This document shows positions 12,115 through 24,951 of a DNA stretch of 64,000 nt, piece after piece (the first letter of the stretch is position 1; each line of letters starts with the position of its first letter). Under the pieces are notes generated by a model. The model saw only the letters and a list, made by a program, of their open reading frames with translations, was not told the origin of the DNA and did no database searches. The position numbers were made by a program, and so were the translations under genes. This stretch comes from Leucoraja ocellata (taxonomy: Eukaryota): positions 1,302,001 to 1,366,000 of the forward strand of contig JAWMAR010000240.1 of assembly GCA_036785375.1 (NCBI GenBank), in the 5' to 3' direction.

Positions 12115-12535
12115 ACCATATAACCATATAACAATTACAGCACGGAAACAGGCCATCTCGGCCCTACAAGTCCATGCCGAACAAATTTTTTTCCCCTTAG
12201 TCCCACCTGCCTGCACTCGTACCATAACCCTCCATTCCCTTCTCATCCATATGCCTATCCAATTTATTTTTAAATGATACCAATGAACCTGCCTCCACCA
12301 CTTCCACTGGGAGCTCATTCCACACCGCCACCACTCTCTGCGTAAAGAAGTTTCCCCTCATATTACCCCTAAACTTCTGTCCCTTAATTCTGAAGTCATG
12401 TCCCCTTGTTTGAATCTTCCCTATTCTCAAAGGGAAAAGCTTGTCCACATCAACTCTGTCTATCCCTCTCATCATTTTAAAGACCTCTATCAGGTCCCCC
12501 CTTAACCTTCTGCGCTCCAGAGAATAAAGACCTAA
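12115..12535 (-). mobile_element. CR1 LINE 3' fragment
   Basis: LGLYSLERRRLRGDLIEVFKMMRGIDRVD...TRGH...FFTQRVVAVWNELP. Confidence 0.92.
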
Positions 12536-12769
12536 ATACTCTACGGAACTGCATGCAAAAAACGATTTCATTGCACGTCTGTACATGTGATAACAAAGAA
12601 CCATTGACCCATTGAACCTATTACCTGCCATGCTTTGCATCTGAAACAGGGAGGTCAGGGTCCCAACCAGAAATATCACCGATCCATATTCTCCAGGGAT
12701 ACCACCTCAGCCACTGAGTTACTCCAGCACTTTGCATCTCCTTTTTTATGAAACGGCACATGCAATTCC

Positions 12770-13393
12770 TCACATCTCAGCAGATCTCAGGTGGTCAACT
12801 AACATGCATTCCCTGGTAAAGAAGGCACAACCACAGCTTTTCTTCCTAAGATCACTCAGGAAAGTCAACTTGCCACAACAGCTGTTAGTGTCATTCTACC
12901 GTTGTGCCATTGAGACTGGCCTGACACATGGCATCCTGGGATGGTACGGGAACAGTTCTACGGCTGACAAGAAGTCTCTGCAGAGAGTCATCAATACAAC
13001 CCAGAAGATCACCAACACACACCTGCCTGCCCTGGAAGAGATCAATAGCTCTCGTTGCCCGGAAGGCATCACGCATCCTAAAGGACTCATCTCATCCCGC
13101 ACGTCACTTGTTCTCAGTAAAGCGTTACAGATCCATCAAATCACTCACCACCAGATTAACAAACAGTTTCCACCCCAAGGCCATCACCACTCTGAACTCT
13201 GCATTGAATACACACCCCCACAGCCAATATTTTATACTGCCACAACACTACACTGTGAAATATTGCACATTCTGACTTGACAATGTTTTTCTTGCCGTTT
13301 TTGTTGTTTCCATTGTCGTTATTATTTACCTGTTACGTTGGAGCTTAGTGCGCCTGAAATTATGTTGTATGTATTTACAATGATAATAAAGTG

Positions 13394-13395
<2 letters not shown>
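12770..13395 (+). mobile_element. Rex1/Babar-clade LINE 3' fragment
   Basis: ISADLRWSTNMHSLVKKAQPQLFFLRSLRK...FYRCAIET...WYGNSS...ILKDSSHPARHLF...RYRSI; ends aataaa + (ATT)n. Confidence 0.85.

Positions 13396-13453
<58 letters not shown>
13396..13453 (+). repeat. (ATT)n microsatellite, probably the LINE tail
   Basis: About 19 perfect ATT units. Confidence 0.95.
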
Positions 13454-13454
<1 letters not shown>

Positions 13455-13459
13455 TCTAC

Positions 13460-13930
13460 ATGAACCTTCTCACATTCACCTTGGTTGCTTCTTACCAGTG
13501 CATCGGGCACTCAAGGTTCTCCAGCCTGAGTAGTCTCCCTTCAATTCCTTGATGCTCTCTGGGGTTCAACTATTAGAATTTGCATTCAACCAACCTTCTT
13601 GTCTCCCTGCAGGTGGCAGTCAGCCAACGAGGCAGTGGTCAGAGAAGAACGCTGGCGTGATGTCAATGACAATGAGCGTAAAGGTCTTCCGGCACAAAGA
13701 GGAAGACTATCAAATACCGTGTTGAGCGATCTGGTCTCTATTAAGAGAACTGTTGCTGTGCTCCACCTGCAGGGTCTCTGAAGGTGTTGCACAATTTTGT
13801 ATCTTTGACCGTTTCCTTCAGTGGATTGTACGTGCTGGCCAGCATGTCGTGGCACCGAGTGTTATCTATCTGCACCGATGACGCAGTTGAAGTCCCGAGC
13901 CAGAACGACCGACTGAGACATTACCAGTGA
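13460..13930 (-). mobile_element. L1/Tx1-clade endonuclease fragment, decayed
   Basis: Minus-strand VVLARDFNCVI (GDFNC motif) and SLADCHLQ. Confidence 0.55.
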
Positions 13931-14530
13931 GGTATAGACATTGATTAGCCTTAGCAGAGTATTTTGGTACATTGTATCCACTTTGAAGGGACACATGCTA
14001 AACACCTCTTGGACTTCGGTGATTGAGAAGAAGCCACCCCACAGCAGAATACCCAGGTCGGAAGCACAACAATCGTTGCCCTACATCCCACGGCAGCCTG
14101 TGGCATCACCATCGCAACCCCCTCCAATAGCTGCATTTGTGCTGTCATGCAGAGTCTTGTGTAACAGCCACACCTGTCTTGACCTTTGCAAAGTATTCCA
14201 AGTCAGTCACATATAGTGCAGTGTGCTTCACTCCGCGCTCATTAGCCAATGACACCTTCGCATCCATAGCTTATAGATTTGTTGGAGTTCACAATCTGTT
14301 GTTATAGTCAGTTGTTAACCCCATGAAGATGACATCTGAGTTCTAATTTTTCCCTTCCACTTGTTTTTTCTGGTGGCCATGCCGTGCCAGTCCGGTTTCA
14401 CCCAGGGTGGTGATATCGATGTTGATGACAATAGCAAAGCCTGGGCTACGGCAGTGGACCCGGCATTTGGGTTTGCCATTTCTGGGAATGTCCATAAGAA
14501 TCCTGACATTCCAGGTCCCGAACTTCATCC
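13930..14530 (-). mobile_element. RTE-clade LINE endonuclease fragment
   Basis: MKFGTWNVRILMD...NIDITTLGETGLA matches the RTE APE N-terminus GTWNVRTL...IDIAALSETRL. Confidence 0.7.
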
Positions 14531-14627
14531 ATAGATGTGAGAGCTGCCTGACTGTGATTAATTCTAATGTGGGGTAACTGGTGTGCATCAGCTACTGCAA
14601 GGTCCTGGACCAGGGGTGAGGAAGTTT

Positions 14628-14935
14628 ACTTTTAGTTTAGAGATACAGTGTGGAAATTGTCCTTTGCCCACCGAGTACACACTGATCTTCAATCACACAT
14701 TCATACTAATTCTGTTATTCCACTTTCTCACTTTCAAACATTCGGGGCAATTTTACAGATGGCTACTAACCTGCAAAACAAAATGTTTTGGGAGGAAATT
14801 GGAGCCACCAGTCAAAACCCACGCAGTCGCAGAGAGAACATGCAAACACAACATAGACAGCACTTAAGGTCAGGATCGAACCCAGGTCTCTGGCGTTGTG
14901 ATACAGCAGCTACTATACCAGCTGCACCACTGTGA
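14628..14935 (-). mobile_element. HE1-type SINE
   Basis: Tail tttagtttagagatacag and B box ggatcgaacc (reverse complement GGTTCGATCC). Confidence 0.85.
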
Positions 14936-16274
14936 CGTCCTCGGATGTCCAAGATGCCAAGATGATCGGCGAGCAGGTTCCGGCGAGCATTTCCCACTCA
15001 AAGTCTAGCTGGCAGCCAAAGTGGAAACATCGCCTACCCATCTCCTTAAGATGGGTCTCAACCCGAAACGCCACTTATTCCTTTTCACCAGAGGTGCTGT
15101 CTAAACCGGTGCGTTATTCCAGCTTTTTGTGTCTATCTTTGGTTTAAACCAGCATCTGCAGTTCCTTCCTACACAGAAACAAACAGCTGTTGAACAGACT
15201 GCATGAAACACCGTACGTACGAACAAGCGAATGAGGAGCACAAGTCAATCACTTGGTTCATCAAACCTATTCTCACACTCAGTAGCATCATGGCTGATGT
15301 GACTGTAATCTCAACTATACATTTGCTACCCTGCCCAATAACCTCTCACTGCTTTTCTCATCGATCGTACAAATATCAGATACTAAAAGTAGACAAAAAA
15401 ATGCTGGAGAAAAAAAACGGGTGAGGCAGCATATATGGAGAGAAGGAATTGGCGTTGTTTTGGGTCGAGACCCTTCTTCAGACTCTAGAGCCCTGAGATC
15501 TAGGAAATGGAGATGTTCTGTCTGAAATTGGGAAAGACAATGTTTAACCAGTCCAGACAAAATTACTATGGTAGGAAGGAACTGCAGATGTTGGTTTAAA
15601 CCAAAGATAGACACAAACAGCTGGAGTAACTCAGTGAGACAGGCAGCATCTCTGGAGCGAAGGAATGGATGACGTTTCGGGTCGAGACCAGTCTGAAGAA
15701 ATCTCATTTCCCACTCAAAAGCTGGCTGGCATCCAAATAGGAAACATCACCTATCCATCTCCTCCAGAGATGCTGCTTGACCCTTTGAATTACTCCAGCC
15801 CTTTACGTTTTTTTTTTTTTGGGTGGTGGGGCGGAATCTAATACCAGCATTCCCCAAATATGGCATCTCCGGAATAATTCTCTGCAATTTTTTATTTCAA
15901 ATTTAATTTTATGTCTAAAAATATGTGGCGGAAATAGAAAGCTATCAGTACATGCCAGCAAACCAGAAGAGGACTGTGAATCACACCATGGCAAAGTGGA
16001 TGGAGCACCAATACCAAAGGTGTGGCTGCAATTAGGAGACTGAAAAATCTTCCTTGACAGCACAATTAATCTTTATGACAACCAGGAGCACTGTAGGAAG
16101 CATCTATCTCTTCAAGCCAGCAGCACGAGCCTCCATTTCATGGACAGCTTGGAAGCTGCAGATAAATTTATGTCAAGGACAAGAGTTAGCTAAGAGATGC
16201 TCCATTGAAATATGCAATATTACTCTCCATGCCAGGATACATGCATCACATTAGCCATCATTGAAGTAATGTCA

Positions 16275-16520
16275 GACTTTTTCACACACAGAGCTGTGAG
16301 TCTGTGGAATTCTCTGCCTCAGAGGGCGATGGAGGCCAGTTCTCTTGGTGCTTTCAAGAGAGAGTTAGACAGAGCTCTTAAATAGAGCGGAGTCAAGGGA
16401 TATGGGGCGAAGGCAGGAACGAGGTACTGATTGTGGATGATCAGTCATAATCACATTGAATGGCGGTGCTGGCTCAAAGGGCCAAATGGCCTACCCCTGC
16501 ATCTATTGTCTATTGTCTAA
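16275..16520 (+). mobile_element. CR1 LINE 3' end
   Basis: tttttcacacacagagctgtgagtctgtggaattctctgcc...ctattgtctattgtcta. Confidence 0.88.
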
Positions 16521-16534
16521 GCCACGTGCAACAG

Positions 16535-17010
16535 TGATAGAGTGTGGAAACAGGCCCACGTCGGCCAATTTGTGCCAGCTACACTAGTCCCACCAGCCCG
16601 CGTTTGGTCCATAATCCCTCCAAACCTGTCCTATCCATGTACCTGTCTTACTGTTTCTTAAATGTTGGGATAGTTCCAGCCTCAACTACCTCCTCTGGCA
16701 GCTTGTTCCATACACCCACCACCCTTTGCCCTGTGTGTGAAAAAGTTCTCCCTCAGATTCCTATTAAATCTTTTCCCCTTCACCTTAAACCTATGTCCCC
16801 TGGTCCTCGATTCACCTACTCTGGGCAAGATACTCTGTGCATCTACCCGATCTATTCCTCTCATGATCTTATACACATCTATAAGATCACCCCTCATCCT
16901 CCTGTGCTCCAAGGAATAGGGTCCTAGCCTCCTCAACCTCTCCCTACAGCTCAGACCTTCTAGCCCTGGCAACATCCTCATAACTCTTCTCTGAAACCTT
17001 TCCAGCTTTT
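16535..17010 (-). mobile_element. CR1 LINE 3' fragment
   Basis: KLERFQRRVMRMLPGLEGLSCRERLRRLGPYSLEHRRMRGDLI...TRGH. Confidence 0.9.
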
Positions 17011-17174
17011 TGAGAGGCTCAACTACTGCCACAGCCACAACATCGACCGACCACCAACCACTGGTGGGTTAGATGCTGAGACCAGAGGAGGAAAGTAGGG
17101 TCGAATATGCAACGATTTTTGAGTGAATCGTAGCAACAGGAGTAAAGAAACTGGTACTGATAGAAAGAGAGTGA

Positions 17175-19045
17175 AACCCCTGTCTCACGGTGAGAGTTGA
17201 CACACGAGGTACCCCAAGTTAAAGCTCGTGGTAATAACGTACGATTAACGTAGCTGCAACGTCGGAACTCGTGGACGCAACTTAGTGTTTCGTGGCGCTA
17301 ACGGCAGGTACCCGTGAAACTTGTCAACTCTTGAAAAAAATCAAACATGTTTAAAGTTTTCCACGAGTCAAATTTACTCTTGTGGTTAAGAATTGAAACA
17401 TTTTAACTCGTTGTAAGAACGTAGTGACCCGTGCGTTTACCTTTAGTGTATCGTGAGTGTACCGTGGGAACTCTTTAGCTCAGCGGGCAGGCAGCATTAA
17501 GTTCACAACACGCGAGGATTATGTGTGTCATGTATTCGTGTGAATGACGCGTGTTGGTGGGCAGGCAGTGTGTAAAAGGCAAACAAGATGGATAACAAAA
17601 CCATGGGACAAACTCCAGAGCTGCTGCCTGGCCCGGTCCGCTGAGTTCCCTGTGGGTAAGTTGAAACTTGGTTTTTGTTTATTAATCTGTACCAAGTCGC
17701 AGATAGACAATATAAGATGGAGTAACTCAGCGGGCCGGGCCAGGCAGCAGCTCTGGAGAGAAGGAATAGGTGACGTTATTGGGTCGAGACCCTTCTTGTC
17801 CTTTTCTCCAGAGATGCTGTCTGTCCTGCTGAGTTACTTTTTCTCTCTCCTCGTGGGTTTAAACCAGCATCTGCAGTTCCTTCCCACACGCTTCAACACT
17901 ACTGGAGTGGGGACTCGACCCAGTCACGGGACGGCCGCTTCTTGCTCAGGCTTCAGGAAGCCGGTACAATGGAGTGGTACGAGGCTGCCATGGTCCTTGG
18001 AGCACTCGGGAATCCCATGGGCTACTGTAACGTTACAGGTCACGGGTGCAACAAAGCTGGATTCAAGCTGACCGAGTCTGATTTATCAGCAGAGATAGAC
18101 ATAATGGTTTTAAAACCATTTCAGTGGAGGGCTCCATTCGATACGCTCATGCACATGGTGACCGCCGAAGCTTTGGTTAGTGGTGAGTTTTCTATTCTCG
18201 AGTCCTATTCTTTAATGTTTATGTATGACTCCAGTTTGGCCCATGGTATTGTTATCCATCTTACACACTGCCCGCCCACCACACGCTTCATTCACACGAA
18301 TACATGACACACATAATCCTCGCGGGTTGTGAACTATGCTGGCACTAAAGTAGAAATAAACACTTTGGGTATCACTGCTCCAGTACTGCCCACCTCTTGC
18401 TTCGGGCGACTCTCTAACAACTTGCAATTTTTAACATGCGACTTTATCCATCGCATTTTCTGTTTAGTTTCACAAGCTCTCGGGAACGCTCACCATTCAT
18501 GAAAGCGCCAAATGCGCAAGCTTCCCGTTTAAAATCTTGCGGTTGTTATTAAATCGAATTTCGCAACAAATTTGCAGCCCCCTCGGTCTAACTTGTTCAT
18601 GCCAAGCTAGGTCCTTTCTGGACGGCTTGGGTTGCATGCAGAAGGTGGATAGGTTTGAGTTTTTGTTCTCTTTGCAGCGCAGGAGGCTGAGGGATGACCT
18701 CGTCTCACATTTGGTCTCTATCCCTCTAAACCTCTCATACCCACCAGGTTTCTGCAGAGTCTACAGTACAGCAAGGCTTGTGTTCCATTCAATATTTCCG
18801 CCACCATCTCCCACTACCCTGGTAGTTACTCAAGAGTAACTCGGGAGAGGAACTTACTCAAGAGTAACTCGGGAGAGGAACTTTAGTAACTCTGGAGACG
18901 AACTTGGAACATCGCAGAAAACGGCAAACTTGTCATAACCGTGGGAACTTGGTTAAACTCTTGATCATACACTTGGGATCTCGTACACAACCACGAGTCT
19001 TTCACTAGGGGTACCTTGTGGGTCAGCTTCCGTGAGACAGGGCTT
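17175..19045. mobile_element. PIF/Harbinger-type non-autonomous TIR element with subterminal inverted repeats and internal cargo
   Basis: TIRs aacccctgtctcacgg / ccgtgagacagggctt flanked by TGA/TTA; inner inverted repeat ~17495-17620 vs ~18228-18342. Confidence 0.75.
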
Positions 19046-20044
19046 TTATGTGACAAACTCTTATGGCCTCTTACGTTGCAAGTGCACCAAATCGAGTATG
19101 TACACACAGTTTCAACTTGCTTCTTTATCTTAGGAGATCAAATCAAAAGCAGTAATCTATTTTAGTGCATTTCCTAAACACAATGGTAGGAATGATTATT
19201 AAATGTTATTTGAGATTACAAATTATTATACATTATAAATACTACAATACATTAACCTATTACTTTATCAATAAAAATGCCTCAATTAAAATAGCAGAAA
19301 ATGTTAAAGTCCCTTAAATATATAGAAAATTAACAATAGTAATTCCTTTTCAGTAATCCCTTAAATTAAGAACATAGGGGATATAGAATTTAGGAAATGG
19401 TAAAATATGGCTGTGGGGAAGGCAATTTTATCAAAGCTTTTACAGAACGACAAATCTAAAAGATCTGCACGGAAAACCTTAAGTAGATTATAGCCTAATG
19501 GCTATAAAATAGCATTTTTATAGCTTACCCGTTTTCGGTTAAGCATGGCAAAAACAGCTGTGGTGAAACATTCAGGTTTGATTACATCTGATCTGTTAAT
19601 TTTACATCAGACCCTAATTCATCATTGCTTTATTATTGTAATCACTATTGTTCCATTAAACTTAAATATTTCCAAGTTGCATTCAAGCAATGCTTCAAAT
19701 TGCAGATTAATATAAAGACTGTAGTTATTGCTGTTTGGACTAATCTTACTGCACTGCTGTCAGGAAACAAGGTATAGTTGGGAAAGGGGCTGTGGAGAGG
19801 GAGAGGGCAATGATACTGGATAGGGCCCAAGTGTGGGCACAGGTATTGCAATGCCAGGAGTCACTGATGGTGCAGAAGCCTGCTCCCATGGGGCGAGGTC
19901 ATACTCAACTCTGACACAGATGATATGTCAAAGATATCTGCACTTTTTCTTTGCTCTGCTGCATTCTCACAGGAATGCCTGGAAACAGATTAATTCCTGG
20001 GGGAAGAAATAGTTGTGTGAAACCTCTTTTTCTCGTTTGAAAAA

Positions 20045-20328
20045 GGACGGTGAGGTGGTGCAGCGGTTAGTTGCTGCTTGACAGCTTACAGACCCCGGTT
20101 CGATCCTGACCACGGCTGCTGTCTGTACAGAGTGTGTACATTCTCCCCGTGTGCTCTGGTCTCCACCCGCATTCCAAGACGTACAGGTTTGTAAGTTAAT
20201 TGACTTTGGTAAAAATTATAAATTGCCCCTAGTGCATAGGATAGTTCTAGTGTATGAAGATCGCTGGTCTGCGCAGGCTCGGTGGGCCGAAGGGCTTGTT
20301 TCTGCACTGTATTCCTACACAAAACTAA
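20045..20328 (+). mobile_element. HE1-type SINE
   Basis: ggtggtgcagcgg A box, ggttcgatcc B box, 3' gggccgaagggc..gtttc tail. Confidence 0.85.
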
Positions 20329-22204
20329 CCTCTGGTCATCAAGAAGCTCTGGTCATCACCTGTTATATGTTTTGCAGGTTTTAACAATATCAAATAAATT
20401 AAGAAACAGCAAACAAAGCACAAGACAGTTGAAAACAATCAGCAATCAACCTGCAATTAGTTGATAATTATTTCAAAGCTGCTGGTGAGGGTCTTTCTTC
20501 AAACAGAATATGTTCAAACATGTTTGGTTAAGCAACAGGGTTGAGTGGAACATAAAAGTCCAGAGTGGAACCAATGGTGATGTCCATGTGGCACACTGAC
20601 TGACATTATAGTCTACTGACTCCAGAATAAATCTGAAGGCATTTGCACGTTAATTTTCTCATGATATAATGCTCAGTGTACCTTTCACCACAATTATCTT
20701 AAACATTGATTATCTCTTGGAAACCCGGACAGCAAACTCAACCTAATCCAGCCTCTCTTCCAAATAATTCAGCCATTGTCATCTCTTAGTTGGGAATTTG
20801 TGCATTGTACATTCGTTGCATTTTAAAGATCAAATCCTGACAAAGGGACAATATCATCAAGATCAACTGTTGTAAACTTTTATTTTTATTTTGAAGATAG
20901 ATGCATAATTTCAAACGAAGGATATATGTCCGACCAGTGCATTTTCAATGTCATTTACATCACCGTGTCATGGGTTTGTCAGCAACGAGGTGCATACAGC
21001 AACTATATCTTAGGAATTAAAGACCTCCTTTAATGTGAATATCTCGGACTGGACCTGAACCTGTTACCAATGCAAACCAACAATGTCAACTAAAATTTTT
21101 CTAGTGCTACCCACCAAATTCAGATAAATTATCTTAGAAAAAAACAAACTGCTGGAGGAACTCAGTGGGTCAGGCAGCACCTGTGGGGGGAAATGGCCAG
21201 TGGGCAGTTTTGGTCGAGACTCTTCCGATGCAAAGGAAGGGTCTTCATTCCTCTCAGTGCAGAAGAAGGGTCTTCTTGCCCTGAAACGTTGACTGTTCAT
21301 TTCCCTCTATAGATGATGCCTGACATGCCAAGTTCCTTCGGCACTTTGTTTTCTGCTCCAGGCTCCATAATTTGCAATCTTTTGTGTCTCCAAATAATTT
21401 TCCAAAGCAGTAGCGAAAAATATAACGTAGATATATTGCTTACCTATCGAGCACATAAGTGAGAGCTTTCTGTCGGGTGCCTGAGTAGACAGATGGGCTT
21501 GTTTCCCAAGCAATTAAATTGGAAGCATCATGGAAAAGATGAATGTTCACCAAGTCAAAGGCACTGTCAAGAAAATAACCATCACACAAGTGAATCATCA
21601 TGCAAGTGCTCTTATGATCATGACAGAATTTATAAAATTGTGCTCTCCCATATCAAACTGCCATAACCAGAGCCTTATAAAAACATTTCGCTTCTCAGAT
21701 CATGGCCTTTATAGATGCTCGGATTAATTACGCTGGTGAATAAAATAATAAAACTCAGTCGATAATAACGTTCGGCTATTTTGCCTGACAATATTCATAT
21801 TTGCTTACGAAGCACGCTGTCCTTTTAATGGGGAATTGCTTTTAAACAATACAATGTAAGTAAACTCTGATATCTATCACCTTGCAGATGGAACCTCATT
21901 ATACCTGTCAGCCCACACCTTATGTATTGAATGTTATTGCCATCTAATCCATGAAAACTAAATAATGCACCCTTGTGTATATGCTTTAGAGAGTGGTTTC
22001 ACAAAAGAATGACACACTCATAAAAATGTCCATTTCATACATTAGTTTATTAAGTGTTATTAAAAATCTGTAAAATTGAACTTCATTATTTTAAGTGTTT
22101 TATAGCCTGCATTCAAAACCGCTCTGAGATTTATGGAAATTGAGGTGAGTTTTGCACAAAAATATAAAATAAGAAAAGCATTTTTAATGGATCGGAAAAG
22201 GGCA

Positions 22205-22650
22205 TTTTGTTTAGTTTAGTTTAAAAATATGTATGGAAACATCCCATCGGTCCATTGAGTCCATGCCGACCATCGACCATGGTTCACACTAGTTCTGTGC
22301 TATCCCACTTCCTTATTCACTCCCTACACGTTAGGGGCAAGCATGAGTCATCAGCGGAGAGAATGCCCTTAGTTCTACTTGCAGTGTGACCACAGTTGAT
22401 CTATATAGTAAGTCCAAACCAGGCAAATATTAGAGCATAGAGTTTAGAGAGATGCAGCATGGAAATTCTTCGGCCCACTGAGTCCACGTCGACCATCGAT
22501 CACCTCTTTCCACTAGTTATCCCACAGCACACTACGGCAATTTACACAGGCCAATTAAATACAAACCCACACATCTTTGGGATGTGGGAGGAAACTGGAT
22601 TACCCGGTAAAATAGTCAGAGGGAGAACATGCAAACTTCGGTTGGATACT
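22205..22650 (-). mobile_element. Two HE1-type SINE 3' fragments
   Basis: tttagtttagttt tails at 22210 and 22441; cggcccactgagtccacg body. Confidence 0.7.
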
Positions 22651-23984
22651 GAAGTTAATTGGTGAAGAGTGGAGGTGCTTAGATCTCTCTAATAATTTAA
22701 AAAAAAATCTGTAAAAATTACAGCTACAGATCACGTTTCTAGAACACACATATTGATACAATGTGTCATTTGTTGCAGGCCACTGATAAAACATAGGCAT
22801 AATTAATTATATTTTCACACAAATTAACTCAGAGGCAACAAAATGATCAGACCACATTTTGTGGTACATGTGCATCAGGAAAAGGAGACACAATATTCTA
22901 AGTAACATACTTTGGAATATGTGCAATGACAATGACCCACAGAGCTGTCATTAATTCCCATTTGGTACATGCACCATATCTTGTGGTCATTTAGGTTGGA
23001 AGGTCTCTTGCCTCTGACCTGCATGGAGTTAATCGATCTCAATTGAACTAATGGTGGGGGATTATAAATGGCCTTGATTTTACTGCACTGGCAGTGGGAG
23101 AAATAAAGAGAGAGTATCAACAAAATGCCCCTGCTGGAATGTAGATGTGTGTATCTATTAGGTGAGGATCATACTGTAAATTGATCCCTCACCTTCGTCA
23201 CCTCTGTATTCTGTAGTTCTGCTCTTGCTCTCCCTCCTCCCAGGTGGAAAAAGAAAAGACATCTGAGATGTCCCCTTTCTTCAGTAAACATAGTTTCCCC
23301 CCCCCCCCCTCTCATAAATGGATTGCTCACCCATATATTCAGAGTCTATATTTGATGTTGAAGGCTCAGTGTCAATATATACATTCAGCGTGTCAACAGT
23401 GGCTTGCTTTGCCACTTCCAACAGCAATTTTGAGTCAAACACAAAATACATGGACCTGTTAGAGGTTGCAGATTAAACTTCCGTGGAGGATGTTAATGAA
23501 AGAGCTGGGTTATTATAACCGTGAGGACTTCTATTTTTACGATGTATTCCCACAATTTCACCATTCTTTCACTATTTTTAACTACTTGTGGTGTGATTTG
23601 AACTTGACTGTCAGTCTGATGCCATAAATGCCTACTCTTCCAAAATGTCCATCAGTTGTGGACATGATGGCCTGTGTCAAGTTTGATGGGAGTTTGGTGC
23701 AGCGCCTGCAACCAACATTCAGTTGTTTTTGTCAACTTATCATTGGAGTTACAATTGGAGGCTGCGATAAATTCTTGGTAATTCAGAGCTGCTACCATCA
23801 GGAGGGGCGAAGTGGAAAGAATGGAAAAGTGGCTAAATTATGTGTTTCCCCCCTCACATATGATGTACACTGACTTTGTTAGCATTTGAATTGAACAGTC
23901 ATTTCATAGTGCATTGACATTTCTACCAATCCTGATCAATTGAGATAAGTTTTCCAGAAATGACCTAAAATGTAAAGGACTGCA

Positions 23985-24268
23985 CTGTTGCGCAGCGGTA
24001 GAGTTGCTGCCTAACAGCGCTTGCAGTGCCGGAGACCCTGGTTCGATCCCGACTACGGGTGCTGTCTGTATGGATTTTATATGTTCTCCCTGTGACCGCA
24101 TGGTTTTCTCCAAGATCTTCGCACTCCAAAGACGTGGGGGTATGTAAGTAATTTGGCTTGATAAATGTGAAAATTGTCCCTAGTTTGTGTAAGATAATGT
24201 TAATATGCGGGTTGGCGCGGACCTGGTGGGCCGAAGGACCTGTTTCCATGGTGTATCTCTAAACTAAA
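23985..24268 (+). mobile_element. HE1-type SINE
   Basis: gcgcagcggtagagttgctgcc...ggttcgatccc...tgtatctctaaactaaa. Confidence 0.88.
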
Positions 24269-24916
24269 ATCATATGTTAAATATTCCCCAGAATTAAATA
24301 ATAGACTCAAAATGTATTCCCATTATTTAAATTCATAGGAATCGGAGGTTTCTAGTCCAGACTAGAAAAAGACAACATTAACGGCTGATCTTCAGCAGTG
24401 GTCACTGTTGGACATAAGCATGTGTGCACCGAGTTGGAATGGCATTACATTTGATAAACATTTGTGATACAAAACTGAAGAAAAAGTATTTAACTACACT
24501 CACGTAGGGAAGCAAAAGAGAAGTTTGAGGAAGACAAATGGAAAATGGTGAGAAAATGGGAAAAAGATACAACTGAACACCATTTGTGTTGAGATATGTT
24601 GCAGTTGCATCTGTTCAAACACCATTCTCTTCCACTTCCTTCATCCTGTGTTAGTAGATAGATGGCAGAATTTTATATCAATTATACTTGGCAAGATGAT
24701 CCAAAATGTTCATCTGGAAATGGTAGACGGGGAATAGCTAAGGAAGGAGTTATTTTGGTTCAATCTAATTTCTCCTGGAAAATCAGTCCCACAGTTATAA
24801 TATATCGCTATTGTTCCAGGTTCTGTGGGCTGAATGGCCAAGGCTTTCAACTAATCTCTCTGCAAAACTTCAGTGTTCCAGGGAGGGAAATATTATCCAG
24901 CTGGATGGACAGGTTT

Positions 24917-24951
24917 GTGTGTGTGTGTGAGAGAGAGAGAGATAGAGAGAG
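24917..24951 (+). repeat. (TG)n(AG)n compound microsatellite
   Basis: tgtgtgtgtgtgtgagagagagagagatagagagag. Confidence 0.85.

Noticed and set aside
18827-18883. 28 bp direct tandem duplication (ttactcaagagtaactcgggagaggaac x2)
   Set aside because: A simple local duplication within a transposon subterminal region.
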